A DNA stretch of 63,086 bases, counting the filler, from Choristocarpus tenellus KU-1152 (lineage: Eukaryota > Protista > Phaeophyceae), in assembly GCA_964200185.2 (NCBI GenBank). It is 12 parts of 12 records of this genome, joined end to end, with 100 filler letters (N's around TTAATTAATTAA, not from the genome) between each part and the next. Parts side by side here need not be neighbours in the genome. Positions count along the whole stretch, not along the records: positions 1 to 4,641 come from CAXNAD020013667.1; positions 4,742 to 7,669 come from CAXNAD020023587.1; positions 7,770 to 11,640 come from CAXNAD020017471.1; positions 11,741 to 16,361 come from CAXNAD020013761.1; 8 more parts are not named here. One strand, written 5' to 3'. Under the pieces are notes generated by a model that saw nothing but the letters and a program-made list of their open reading frames with translations, did no database searches and was not told the DNA's origin. Shown piece by piece: positions 1 through 12,134 of the stretch. Each line of letters begins with the position of its first letter. The first letter of the stretch is position 1. Made by a program: the position numbers and the translations under genes.

Positions 1-54
1 GACCGAAACGGACGCCCCCTCACAAAACACCCCCCCCCCCAAATACTTTGACCC
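1..54. mobile_element. End of family-A MITE, truncated by window start
   Basis: Poly-C followed by AAATACTTTGACCC matches the family-A TIR (CCCCCAGATACTTTGAGCC). Confidence 0.7.
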
Positions 55-599
55 CTCACAGGTCCTCTCGGCTAATTCCTCCTGTTAAACACATCACCCA
101 CCAACTCTTGTCACACCGTTTTACCTATCACTGCCCCCAGCATGGGGAATCTCCATCTCCCTACACATTGGCAAGCCACCTTCACTGGGCTGTTGCAGCA
201 ACACTCATCGTCACCTGTCTCATTTTCTTCATCGTCCTGCTGGTACCTGGTTCAAGTCGTCATTTGTGTACTCCACCTGTGCTATGGTGACTACTGGCTG
301 GACTACAGTGACTACCCACACCCATATCTCCTGAATTACAATGGCCAGACACGGATTTTGGAGCTTGGACGCCTTGTACTCCATGGACTTCTCCCCGTGT
401 CCCCCCAACTCGCCACCTTCTCACCCTCATCCCCACACCTGCTCTCTCGGCTTTACCTACCCACTCCACCGACCAACTGACACCCTAAACCCCCCTGCCC
501 TCTCGGTATCACCTAATCCCACCACTGCCCCACTCACCTCTCCCATTGAGCCTCCGCCCCCGCCCATCACGCCTGTCCCTACACCATCCACCAAATTGT

Positions 600-1963
600 C
601 CTACTCATACTGTTTCTTAGTGACCTTCACCATCTCCTTGATGGACCCAAACCCGCTCCCCAATCACCCGGCATTCCAAAGACCGGAAGAAGCACAGGTT
701 CATGATGTTGAGGTCGGGGGAGGTAGATGGCTGCGTCCGTCTCAAGCCTAATCGACCACCCCTCAGTCTTCCCTGCCCTTGACAAGATTTCTGAGTCGCC
801 CTTGCCCAAGTGGGGGGTGGCACCGTCTTGCTGAACAATAACGTACTTCTTTTCCCCTGCAACCAAGGCATCTTGATCTTCATTGCAGGCAGCAACTCCT
901 CCGTGTACCACTTCCTGTCTCGCACATGGTCTAAGTACAGTCCTACTCATACACATCCCTCTTTAAATGGTTCTTGCTTGTCCTGTCTGCCGTTGTTGGC
1001 GCATACACACGCCAAACACCAAGCTTTCCATCAAAGCTGTGAGCCGAATCTGGGCGAGCACTCGCTGCAATGATCATGGTTTTGGGGATATGACTCTTGT
1101 GCTGCACAATAGGGGACCCTGGAAGGTCGATATCATTTTCATGCGGAAATACCCTAACCCTTTCCCCATCAGCCATCACGTAAAACCAGGTTTCAGGCAC
1201 ATGGATTGTGTTCGCCATGGAGGCGTACATAACATGTTTCTGGTCCGCTTGATCGCAAACAGTCCATTCTCCATTTGTTTTGCCGCGATTTTTGCTTGGG
1301 TTTGATCCAGTGGCGATTCGGCATGGCCCCCATATCATCCATCCACCTGTTTATGGTGCTTGTGTTATAATTCAACCCCTTGGCAGCCATCTTCATTGCC
1401 ACCTGACGCACTGTGGATCACCGATTATCGCAGTTGATACTATTTATTGCGGTCATCTTGGTCGGTGTGACCTCTGAAGGCCACCCACTACGTGCCGCCA
1501 CCTCTAGGTCAAGCATGTGGCCACGGGTGAGCTTATCGGCGACGTACTCCCAGAGCCCTCGCATGTAACACTTGGACACTCCAAACTCCGCTGTGAAGGC
1601 TGACCCAATGTGTCGCGGCAGTTTATGCTCACCAGGGATAATCGGGAGGGCATGCCGCACTGTAAGCGCAACCCTGGTATTATGAGACACTTGGGCACCC
1701 TTCCTACACGGGGGGTCGACAGGGGAGTTGCCATGCCGACGTTCTGACCCTCGATGTGCCCAGTCCTGACCTCGAAATCACCCTCAAAGATCCCTACTTG
1801 ACGGTTTGAAGCACCTCTAGTTTGTACCTGATGATCCTTGACCCTCACCTTTTCTGAAAGCTGTCAACCCGATTTCATTCCGTCGTGTTATCGTCGGATT
1901 CGGCACCATTCTCGCTCAGCGAGCCCAGATGTTTCGCGGCACAAACTTGTGGCACAAAGATAG
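600..1963 (-). mobile_element. Degenerate Tc1/mariner element, plant-mariner (DD39D-like) transposase pseudogene
   Basis: Across frames: IHVPETWFY (cf. IHIDEKWFY), KSHIPKTMIIAASARP..FDGKLGVW, IVQQDGATPH and QPSTSPDLNIMNLCFFRSLE. Multiple frameshifts. Terminus TA|CTATCTTTGTGCC at 1963. Confidence 0.9.
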
Positions 1964-2759
1964 TATGGTAATACTATCGATCATGGCACCACATTACCGT
2001 CAGGAATATCGTCATTGAAGTAATGATGATGGTCCGCAGCACTCTTCAGAAGGTCGTACATATTTCAATTCCACTCCTCAGAACAAAGTGAGCACTGATC
2101 TATGGGGGCAACCGTTTCCTTAACTATCTTGTCATCAAGTATTTTCCTTTTGGTCAATAACTCTCCATCATCTACTTCGAAGTATGTATTGTACCAACAA
2201 CTGTTTGTTTTACCGATCTTGATCCTATTTGTTACTCCTTGTATGTAGTACACCGTTCATTATCACACAGTGTCAAAAATACTAAACATAAATTACCATA
2301 TGACACACTCCCGTGCTCTTCATACACTGTGTTGCACCACTACAGCTATCACTATCACTGGTCATGAGCATTCGCCATCACACGAAGAATAAAGAGCAAA
2401 TCGCAAAATAAAAATTGACAGTTGTTTACACTACGTTAAAGGGAAACAATACCCCTCCCGAAATATCGCCACAATATATTGGATGCAATTCTATCTATCA
2501 AGGGGCGAACACAAAGCCTTGGGGGATCATCTATAATCTACTACTAAAGGAAACAAAACCCTTCTCTAAATAATGCCACTAGTACCTTCCCCTCTGACAT
2601 GACATCACATGATCAATCATTGAAATGTAGGGGATTATGGTAAACTCTCCCCTCCTTGTTGTAATCTAACCTAGGAGGATGCCATCGACTGTTCTCCCCC
2701 ATCGGATTCTTCTTCCTCTGGATGTTTGAAGATTCCAGACCGCTTGACTATTCCGATTT

Positions 2760-3344
2760 TCTTTGGGAACATGCGAAACTTTGATGTCCTTTTTCCTAGC
2801 ATACAAGCCAAGTAATGCCCCCTCCACTCGCCTTGTGTCTCTTTATTTGTGGGCACTTGGACTGGATGTGAGGTCCATAACATTCCCAACAACAGTGCGC
2901 CAGCTTTCACCCCAGCCGATTCCGTCCCTTTTTGGATGGTGCATAGTCGATATATTTAAAGGATTAATCTTTCCAATTAATCCGTCTATGTACCGACTCC
3001 TCTTCATCTATCTGGGACAAAATGTCCAGATACTCCTCACCGAGTGAATTTTGTAGACAACCTACTCTATCTTCCTCTGTTACGGAACCCCTTAAGATAT
3101 TCAACACCCATGTAAGAACCTCCTGCCAGTCGATGATGTCAGAAGGATTTCCACCAGGTTCCAGCACCATGTTCATCAATTGTCGCTTCACGATATTTCG
3201 GTCTTTTTGTCCAGAAAGGACATTGTTCCTGACCAGTGCAGCGAACGCATCACTGGGAGATTGGTATGTCAGCACGATATCCAGGGCAGGTCCCGTCCTA
3301 AAATTTTGCGGTCCATTGATAGGATAAATTGTTGCATTGTGCAA
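2760..3344 (-). mobile_element. Ty1/Copia gag remnant (UBN2-like helical region plus two zinc knuckles)
   Basis: GPALDIVLTYQSPSDAFAAL..PSDII..VTEEDRVGCLQNSLGEEY aligns with the gag at 61220. A downstream frame gives CWECYGPHIQSKC and (W)LVC*EKGHQSFAC. Confidence 0.75.
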
Positions 3345-4474
3345 ATAGGGGGGTCCTCCCGCGCCGGGAAATACTATAACGGCAGTACCCTAAGATGTTC
3401 CTTAGTTACTAGTGACTCCGTTCAACCCAATAAGAGAGCGTGTATTAGAACCGTTTTGCTCCACTTCCTTCACGTCCCTGGTTCCCTCTTACACGCAGGT
3501 TCTTTTAAGGAGTATTACTTAGTGTATAATGACATGTATACACCTACTCACTCACTTTGATTCTTTGATCAGATTGTCCTGCTGCTAGTACTAAAACACT
3601 AAACATATGTGTAACAAGACTGACAGCAGCAGATGATATCTCTCCTAACCATACCTCTGTAACGTATAATCATTTTGAAAGTGTGGTTAAGTTGTCAGGA
3701 ATAAGGTACGCTATAGATACTCTATGTATGTACTAGATTTGATTCTCTTATATTTTATTCTGCCTAGAAAAGTCAATTCATTCCTCTGATGCAATAGCAG
3801 CGTTCCTTAAGAATAGACCATTAGACATGTCCGTAATACTGTACTTGTGTAATATCGGCGACTAGATAGTCTCCGATATGATATCCTATGGTTGTGGTAT
3901 GATTTGTCACCCTCTTCCTATTCATTTTAGTGGCTAATTGGCTATATCATTCCAGGCATGGCCTTGCACAAAGGTGGTACTGAGTTGCTGACTGTAGAAA
4001 AACTAGATTTGTTGCTGACCCGGGCACCTCCCTCTTCTTTCACTGGAGTCTTCCTTTTTTGACATAGACTATTCCTTCTTTCTGCATCAGCTGTGATTAT
4101 TATTGGTAATGTAGATATAAGTATCTTCCAGAGAATAAATGCATTTTTGATATATTTGACATGCGCTAGAAAAGGTACTACTGAGGACCAAGTAAGGATT
4201 TTGTTGGTTTCTTAACATCACTTAATTTCTTTCCTCTTCACTCCCCCCATCCACCCTCTGTTGTGGAAATATAATTTTTTACCCCTCTGTGATCATCTGT
4301 CCCGATAGATTGGTTGGATGTATAGTGTTGTCTGATAATATTGGCATTACCTACTTCAGCTTACCTAACTGCAACCGTCAGCATAGGTCAAAATTCACAC
4401 CTTGGGTGTCTTATCCATTTTTTCCTACTGTAACAATTCCCTCAGTCCTCCACCATCTCGTTTTCTCTGTGTTG

Positions 4475-4641
4475 GGCTCAAAGTATCTTGTGGAGGGGGT
4501 GTGACGGTTGTCCATTTAGGATGAACATTTTTGTGTTGTAATATTTAGATGATTTGGTTCCATAGTTGGGATGAATAATGAAAGTCCACTTTCTAGGTTT
4601 TGGTTCAAATTGACACCCTGGTGTAGACCCTTCCCCCTCCC
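4475..4641. mobile_element. Family-A MITE, truncated at contig end
   Basis: Starts GGCTCAAAGTATCTTG and contains GACACCCTGGTGTAGACCC, shared with other copies. Confidence 0.85.
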
Positions 4642-4741
4642 NNNNNNNNNNNNNNNNNNNNNNNNNNNNNNNNNNNNNNNNNNNNTTAATTAATTAANNN
4701 NNNNNNNNNNNNNNNNNNNNNNNNNNNNNNNNNNNNNNNNN
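4642..4741. other. Artificial contig-joining spacer (44N + TTAATTAATTAA + 44N). Further copies at 7670-7769, 11641-11740, 16362-16461, 19679-19778, 26285-26384, 36604-36703, 43781-43880, 51558-51657, 56458-56557, 59902-60001
   Basis: Identical 100-nt pattern occurs 11 times; the 12-mer places stops in all six frames. Separate 10-N scaffold gaps lie at 9479, 9779 and 59173. Confidence 0.99.
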
Positions 4742-4764
4742 TACCCTCTAAGATACTTTGGCTC
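4742..4764. mobile_element. Family-B MITE terminus, inserted in a mariner element
   Basis: TACCCTCTAAGATACTTTGGCTC is identical to the family-B TIR at 15957-15979. Confidence 0.85.
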
Positions 4765-5214
4765 CACGGGTGAGCTGATTGGCGGCGTCCTCCCAGAGCC
4801 CTCGCATGTAACACTCGGACACTCCAAACTTGGCTGTGAGGAGTGGCCCAACGTGTCTTGGCAGTTTATGTTCACCAGGGATCATCGTGAGGGTGTGCTG
4901 CACTGCAAGCGCAACCCTGGTATTCAGGGACACTTGGGCACCCTTCCTATGCAAGAGGGTCGACGGGGGGTTGCCATGCTGACGTTCTGACCTTCAACGT
5001 GCCCAGTTCTGGCCTCAAAATCACCCCAAAAGGCCCCTACTTTGATGGCTTGAAGCACCTCGAGTTTTTACCTGATGATCCTCAACCCTCATTTTTTTCT
5101 GAAAGCCGAGATTGTCAACCTGATTTCATTCTGTGGGGTTATTGTTCGATTTGGTGCCATCCTCGCTCCGCAAACCCAGATGTTTCATGGCGCAAACATA
5201 TGGCACAGAGGTAG
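4765..5214 (-). mobile_element. 5' part of a second copy of the mariner at 600-1963
   Basis: Colinear high similarity to 1522-1963. Ends GGCACAGAGGTAG|TA, i.e. TA|CTACCTCTGT on the minus strand. Confidence 0.9.
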
Positions 5215-5273
5215 TATATTTTTTATGTTATGTTTGTCAGCTACCCTTTATTGCATGCACTCTCATGGAGGAG

Positions 5274-5592
5274 TGTGCAAAAGAAAATTGCAAGGTGTTC
5301 CCTATTTTTATGTGAGAATATGGCATTGGATTGAGTCCATGTAGTGTAACTAATGAGATAGTACATCGGGATTTTATGGGATTTGGTATTGCAATTAGTA
5401 TTCTCTGACATAACCGTTGACTTACATCTGAGGCACAAATAATAATGTAAAGGCAATAAGAAGACATCCCACAAGGTCACTCTTCTTTTCAACCATGTAT
5501 ATATATTCAGCAATGGGGAATTGTGTGAGGCTCCACACCTTCTTGTCTTCATTACTGATCAAATTGCAATACCTTCCAAGGTTAATTGCACA
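5274..5592 (+). mobile_element. LTR (about 320 bp, probably Copia) with upstream polypurine tract, i.e. a 3' LTR
   Basis: TGTGCAA...TTGCACA termini, preceded by ATGGAGGAG. Homologous to 47340-47595, 60025-60359 and 60613-60925. Confidence 0.8.
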
Positions 5593-5662
5593 GGACACGT
5601 TGGGCGATCTGACAGTGATGAACTGGCCTTGAGAGGCAACATGCAGCTGTGGCATGTGCAAG

Positions 5663-5844
5663 GACTCAAAGTATCTGGGGGGGGGAGTGGAGTCTACACC
5701 AGGGTGTCCATTTGGACAAAAATCAGGAAAAGTACACTTACATTTTCCATCCAGTGTATTGCAACCAAATCACCCAAAAATCGCGACATGAAAAAATTGG
5801 CATCAAATGGACAGCCGCCACTCCCCCCCCAGATACTTTGATTC
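5663..5844. mobile_element. Complete family-A MITE (182 bp)
   Basis: TIRs GACTCAAAGTATCTGGGGGGG / CCCCCCCAGATACTTTGATTC with 3-bp TSD AAG. Confidence 0.92.
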
Positions 5845-7642
5845 AAGCCGGGTGCAAGAGGTTAACAGCAATGGGCAGGCCCTATTGGAATATGTTGGTA
5901 CTATGGCGGTCTGTTGCTGTGTCATGTTGAAAGTTGACGACTGTCTACTAACCGTCACAACATGTTTGTACTTGGCCAGTCAGTGGTCTGACCATATTGA
6001 AATAGGTGACGACCATGGATACTTTTTTTTCAGAAATGTAGGTCTACATGTGTCCGACAAGTGTTGTGTGAGTTACATGCTTTGCTTCAACCGCACTCAA
6101 ATTCATAATTGCCGTATCTTATTTTGCAATCAGGCCAGGTCATCATTGTATCATCCATCGTTACCTTTTTTCTCATTGTCTTAAGGTGCCCTGGGGCACG
6201 ATCTAAATATTATATCAGATGGTTCAGGTCCAGAAATGTGTAATTCAAACTCTGATCAACACAGGCGGAAGGACCAGGGTGGGAGTATGTTCCGTGCTAT
6301 ATTTTTGTTGATATTATAATATCCATGCCTTAGGCAAACACGTGGCAAAGTTGCTTTTTCCTTTTCTCTTGATATCTCTAGCAACAATGTTGCCTTGTGA
6401 GCTTGGTCCCGGCACATCATGTTGCAACCAAGTCTTTGCACTTATAGTTTGAAAATTTTCCACTACCTCCACCCTCCCCTGTTTCCTTGACCCATGGTCT
6501 GTTGGCAGTGCACATTGCACCTTTTTCACCTTACAAACTATCTGTTATACTACAATTAATTATGCTGCCTTAATTTTTCTCGCGTGAAGAGTCTAACCAT
6601 CCCGCTGCTCGTTGTGTTCAAACATGAGTAAGCCCTTGAGGTACCAACGTTGTAGACTGTGCTGACTTCCTTCTCTGCAGCTCAGGGATATATTTTTTTC
6701 AATGTAAATGTAATTCTGGGGTCTACAAAGTTTGAGAGTGGTTACAGTTTTCCTGAGGTCTGCTATCCCTCTAATCAGGGATGACCTTTGTCAGTGGGGC
6801 AGTTTACCAAAGTGCGGTTATATGTATCCTAGTGGTGTGATAACCTTGACATATGTAGCCACGACGGGGATCGAGTCCATGGAGTGTTTTTTAAGACTTC
6901 AGTGTAAATAGCCTTAAGGGCTTACCAATGATTAAACGTATCGCTCAGTCTTTTCGAATTTAGTTCATACTTGTTATTCTCCAATGAGTCTTTGCCACCA
7001 TGGTCTACATCTTTCTGTGTCACTCTGTGTGGTGTGGCACAAGATAGTAAGGTACAGGTGCATCTCCCCAATGCACGTTCCACGTGGTCCATTGAAGTCA
7101 AAATATCCTACGAAGTAAATCTGGTCTCAACTGGAGTTTTGAACCTGTATATTCCTATCGTAGAATACAGGCAGAGAACCACTTGAGCTACATGAACAAG
7201 CTCATTGATTACTCATGTATCTCATTTGCAAGATCATAGTGGTCTATTTCCCTTATTATGATATACTGCAGGCCTCTAACATGTAAAGAGCCATGTATCA
7301 GTAACAGTGGTGGGGCTGTGTTGGGGGGAGAAGAGGAGGGGGGGCTTTGCCAATTTGGAGTCCTTGTTTTCCAGCAGTTCCAGGTGGAAAGGAACAGCAG
7401 GGGTATGCACCTGGTTGGCAGAGGTGCCTGTGCCAGCGGCTAACCTGCCTTTGCAATAGGAGATGACCAAGCTAAGTGTACCTGTGTAGTTGTGAGGTCC
7501 AATGTAGAAGTTAAACGTGGTTAGTCAGGAATTCCAAATTATTTGTAGTGAAAGAATCACAGGGCAGTGCCCTGCCAGACACCATAAAATAAAACAAATC
7601 TTCTAGACCAATGATCATCTGAGTACTCTTTCACAAAATGAT

Positions 7643-7669
7643 GGCTCAGAGTATCTGGGGGGGGGTGAG
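7643..7669. mobile_element. Family-A MITE terminus at contig end
   Basis: GGCTCAGAGTATCTGGGGGGGGG. Confidence 0.8.
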
Positions 7670-8286
7670 NNNNNNNNNNNNNNNNNNNNNNNNNNNNNNN
7701 NNNNNNNNNNNNNTTAATTAATTAANNNNNNNNNNNNNNNNNNNNNNNNNNNNNNNNNNNNNNNNNNNNGGCAAGTTGACCAAGACGGGAAAGGTCTTGC
7801 TTCTCAACTCAACCCCCAAGTGAAACTATTTGAGTTTATTCATTTATATACACCAACATCACATGGTGTGTGCAATGTGCTGACCCTGGAGCTTTTGCTA
7901 GAAAATTGGTTATTTTGCACCTGCCACTGTGGGAGAGCTCAAGCTTCACTGTGTATACTTCATATTGGACTATACAAAATGTTTTGTTTTGTTTTTTTGG
8001 GGGGGGGGATAGCGTGTACATGCTGGAATGTACACGTTTTGTCTGGAATGCATGCATAGTATAGTACCATACATACACTTCTTTCATAGTCTCATGGTTG
8101 AATGTTTGGCACGGTTGATGATGTATGCCTGTGTGCCCAGCTGACGTGTTCAGAGTGTTTAGAAACTGCACCTCGTTCAAAATCACTTCACTGCATAGCA
8201 ACTCCCGCCCCCCTTTCCTCCTTTCCCCATGATTCGTTACCTCTCCCCTATGTGTTTGCCGCTGCCATGATTTGTACCCCGCACAG

Positions 8287-8376
8287 ATTCGAGCAAAGAG
8301 TAAGACCTTCAACCTGTATGTGATCATTGCTGTCCTCAGCATCATACTGGTGATCCTCATCATCTCTGGAATTTGA
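8287..8376 (+). CDS. Putative terminal exon encoding a C-terminal transmembrane anchor (SNARE-like tail-anchored protein)
   Basis: Pyrimidine-rich tract and CACAG acceptor, then IRAKSKTFNLYVIIAVLSIILVILIISGI* (basic residues, about 19-aa hydrophobic helix, stop). Confidence 0.5.
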   Translation: MRAKSKTFNLYVIIAVLSIILVILIISGI

Positions 8377-9453
8377 AGCAGGGTTGAGAAACATTTGCTG
8401 CATGCAAGGAGGCTAATTTTATTGCCTCTTGTTTTTTTTGTTTTTAGAATCCCATCGTGTTGTTGTGCAATAACTTCACACACTTGCGAAATAGGTTTGG
8501 ACCCCCCCTTTTTTTTTTGTGGCTAGATGATGTCTCTGAAACTATCTTGTGCAGCTCCTACTTTGTGTGTGGTAGACTGGAGCGGGATCCGTGGATGGGG
8601 GTGTAGGACTTATCGATTGTACCCAATGCAAAAATAACAATAATAACAATAAAGAGGATCAAGAGTAGGGTGTTTTGAGTCCCTTTCAAAGGAAAGAGGG
8701 CCTTTTCACCCTTGTTCCGTTATTGTCCACTTGGAATTCATTTTTTTTAGTGCGAGACAAGCAACGTTGCTACTGTTATAACTTGTACTCCGTGAGGATA
8801 GTGCAGATGATCGAGTTGCAGAATTGCTTGTCACCTGGATGAAGAACCACACGCTTCTAGAACTTTCATCTCGATATCTCATGCTTAGTTCTTGTTTGTT
8901 TGTTGACTCTGGAAGTGCACTACCACTGTCCGTCTTCCCTCCCAACAACTATGCTGAAGAGGAAGTCACTGTGAGTAGCATGGCAGTGGCAACGCAATGT
9001 GCTTAATTAAGGTTTTGATAGTGAGCGTGTGTGCGTGTGCGTTTAACGTTTTTTATTCTTTTTTTTTGGCCGGGGTTCCTTCCGACCTCTAGGAACCTGC
9101 TACAGGTGGCAAAACGTTCAATATATGGGTGTTACAAGGCCTTGCACAACGGGCTCTTACTCACCCTTGTAGATGACTAGCTGCCTCTAATAACTGAAGT
9201 TACGATTTAGCCGGCACTGGGGATTAGCAAGGAAAGGATCCATACAATTAAAGTACCATACAGTACACATTTTTTTGTCAGGATTTATGTGTGTGTGTAC
9301 CTACATCCTTATCCGATGTGTGGCAGTCCAAGACCCTATTCTGTTTTGATGAATATGTTTACCAGTTCATATGGACTCTTACATAGAAGTCTTACAAGGT
9401 GTTAGCGACTATGCAAATCAATGCATGTATGTTGACGAGAAACAGAGAACTTG

Positions 9454-9849
9454 AGCGCAAAGTATCTGGGGGAGGGATNNNNNNNNNNGCCTCTTTTGTT
9501 ATCTTAAAGGAGTGTATGGGAAGGAAAAAAGGAGACGTGAGGCGAAAGGGGGGGGGGGGGGGGGGGGGGGGATGGCGGCTGTCCATTCAGAGCCCATTTT
9601 TCCATGTCACGATTTTGGGGGATTTGGTTGCATGCGTCGGATGGATGATATATGTGCATTTTTCATGGTCGGATCCAAAAGGACACCCTGGTGTAGACCC
9701 CCCCCCCCCCCCCCCCGAAACCTCTACCGATCGTGCCAAAGATTGTTGATAGGAAGATCGGACGTGAAGCGGTCCGGGNNNNNNNNNNTCGGATCCAAAA
9801 GGACACCCTGGTGTAGACCCCCCCCCTCCCCCCCCAGATACTTTGAGCA
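9454..9849. mobile_element. Family-A MITE with internal gaps and duplication (partly an assembly artefact)
   Basis: AGCGCAAAGTATCTGGGG ... CCCCAGATACTTTGAGCA with TSD TTG. Two 10-N gaps inside and a duplicated TCGGATCCAAAAGGACACCCTGGTGTAGACCC segment. Confidence 0.85.
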
Positions 9850-11975
9850 TTGATCCATACTATGTTGAAGAGTAATTCGACTTGAGACCCTGAGCAGCTC
9901 TACTTCCTCATGATGGTTTCTTGCAAACACTTCATACATGCTAAGCATCTACACCGACCGACTGATATTTGGTGTCCTAAGATTGAAGATGTCATAGGAA
10001 AGGTTCATCCACTTAGTCAACACAGTAGTGATCGTTAATAAGAAAATCGAACTGCTGTAGTAATGAGCAATGCACAGGATGTTTTTCTTGAAGTCATCTA
10101 CTTATCACCACACCCTGGACATCATAACGCACAATTTTAGATTGTCCTAGAATGTTGATAGTCAACCCGTAATTTGTGTTATCCATAATAATGTTAGGGT
10201 TCACTATGCTATCAATACCGGAGCCAATTTACTCTACACCGTTCCCTAGAACTAGGTTCGTGCCTAGTGTCTATTGTCATGACGATACTCAACACAATTT
10301 GCTCTGGTAACATACGTTATCCACAACAACAAATGCCTGGGGTCATTGGCTCAATTTGTATTTATTCCAAAAATTATAGCTTGATTTTCTAAGTTCATGG
10401 TCAGAAAAAAATAAGGCAACGTGGAAAAACATAAATCCGCAACTCTCACAAACCTCATTTTCCAGCTCAGCGCCGTTTGCCCTGTGATGCTCGTTGTCCA
10501 GAAAACCCTTCGGTAAATTTGCTCCTTTGGTTCCGTTATCTTGAATGGCGCTTGGGGCCTTCTACTCTCTGCTGTTCGTTGCACAGGACACAGCAGCCTT
10601 TCGTCTCAAACGTCTGTTGTCCCACAAACGGTTCAGCCCATTTTCTCTGTAGTGTCCGTTTTAAACGATAAACTCTCAGGTCCATTTGCTCCATTAATGA
10701 CTACTGTCCCATGAGAGGTGTTGTTGAGTGTGAGGGGTCCCTATGACTGCATTGTGCATTACACGGGTTTCCAGCACTGTGAAGGACGGGCAGTCTCTTC
10801 TACGACTACACCCTTCTAAAGGGGGTTAACTGCATTCCAGGCATGGATGGGTATGGCGTACATTGCACAAGATAAAAAACTTGAAAATCCAAAGGGTTCT
10901 TTCTAATCGATCCTCATTGATGATTTTACTCATTGAGGATGTGATACAGGCCCTTTACATTGTCCTGTGCGAATATCATGTTTTCATAGTTTAGTTTTTC
11001 ACAAGGTGATACGGTGCCAGTTCCTATAGAGACAGACATCATCAAGGCGATCGAACCATTCTTGTACAATAAATGATAGAGCTGGACATATCAATTCTAC
11101 TATGTTGTAATAGGTAAATATTTCGATGGAAAATGATTTCGAGACAGTATGGAAAATACTTAAGGGCGTAATTATATTCAAGAGAAATTTGTTTTAAGTG
11201 CCCGACAAGGACGGATCACCAATTACTCGAGAACTTTAAATCCTTGTATTGACACTAGAGTAGGGATGCGTTGCGGGAAAAAAATGTTGTCATCGATCAA
11301 CTCCTGTTCATACTGTGGACATGACACACGCAAATGCATATACTGGTACTACTGCAGCAAAATATGTATGTATGAAACACGCTGTATAGAGGCAGATAAT
11401 AGAAGAAAAAATGTGATCCTTCCAGTCCTAAGTAAAAAACATATCACTAAATAAGGGCGCTTCATAAATAATCATAATGTAGATACTATTGCCGTACTAT
11501 CCTTCCGTATGCATTTGTATCATTTGGTTAGGTTGTCTTTGGAGTGGGCTTCCTCCACCTGGGCTCCACCATTGCAGTCTAGAGTGTGGAACGTTTTAGA
11601 TATAACAGAGGATTTTCAAAATTGGGGATGGAGCGGGACTNNNNNNNNNNNNNNNNNNNNNNNNNNNNNNNNNNNNNNNNNNNNTTAATTAATTAANNNN
11701 NNNNNNNNNNNNNNNNNNNNNNNNNNNNNNNNNNNNNNNNATTGAATGACTCAGAATATCAAATGACTCAACAGTTCTCTAGTACACGTCAGAAACACTC
11801 CGACTCTAACAGTCTGCTGATTACTTCTGGTCATATACCCTGCCTAAATATCCCGAATGTCCCACATTATTGTCCATGCGTACATAAAATAATACTTCGA
11901 ATCATATCCTCACAAATGGTCAAGCATAATCTTGACATATCAAATGTCCTGGGCAATCAATACATGCAACAACAG

Positions 11976-12134
11976 GAGGACTTCATCAAGAAAAATTCAA
12001 CTTGGCACAATGAGCTGGAGCTGATGATCAAAATGAAGAAAAAAGCAGAGATCCAGGCCCTATCGGCTTTTGGTTTCCAGTACTTGACACACACGTACCT
12101 ACCCCAGAAACTGCAGAACGGAGACTGGTTGTGA
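11976..12134 (+). CDS. TOP6A: Last exon of DNA topoisomerase VI subunit A (SPO11-3 type)
   Basis: CAG acceptor, then [52 protein letters not shown]. Closely matches the plant SPO11-3/RHL2 C-terminus ([20 protein letters not shown]...DWL). Confidence 0.93.
   Translation, partial: EDFIKKNSTWHNELELMIKMKKKAEIQALSAFGFQYLTHTYLPQKLQNGDWL

Noticed and set aside
3600-4470. Possible LINE endonuclease remnant on the minus strand (TDDHRGV, cf. SDH.PV)
   Set aside because: One short motif amid many stops is not enough to call.
6200-7250. Decayed retroelement-like frames (also 12300-12900 and 18500-19678)
   Set aside because: No diagnostic RT, integrase or RNase H motif could be read.
11976-12134. Meiotic SPO11-1/2 call
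   Set aside because: The FGFQYL..YLP.KL...DWL tail matches the SPO11-3/TOP6A topoisomerase paralogue.
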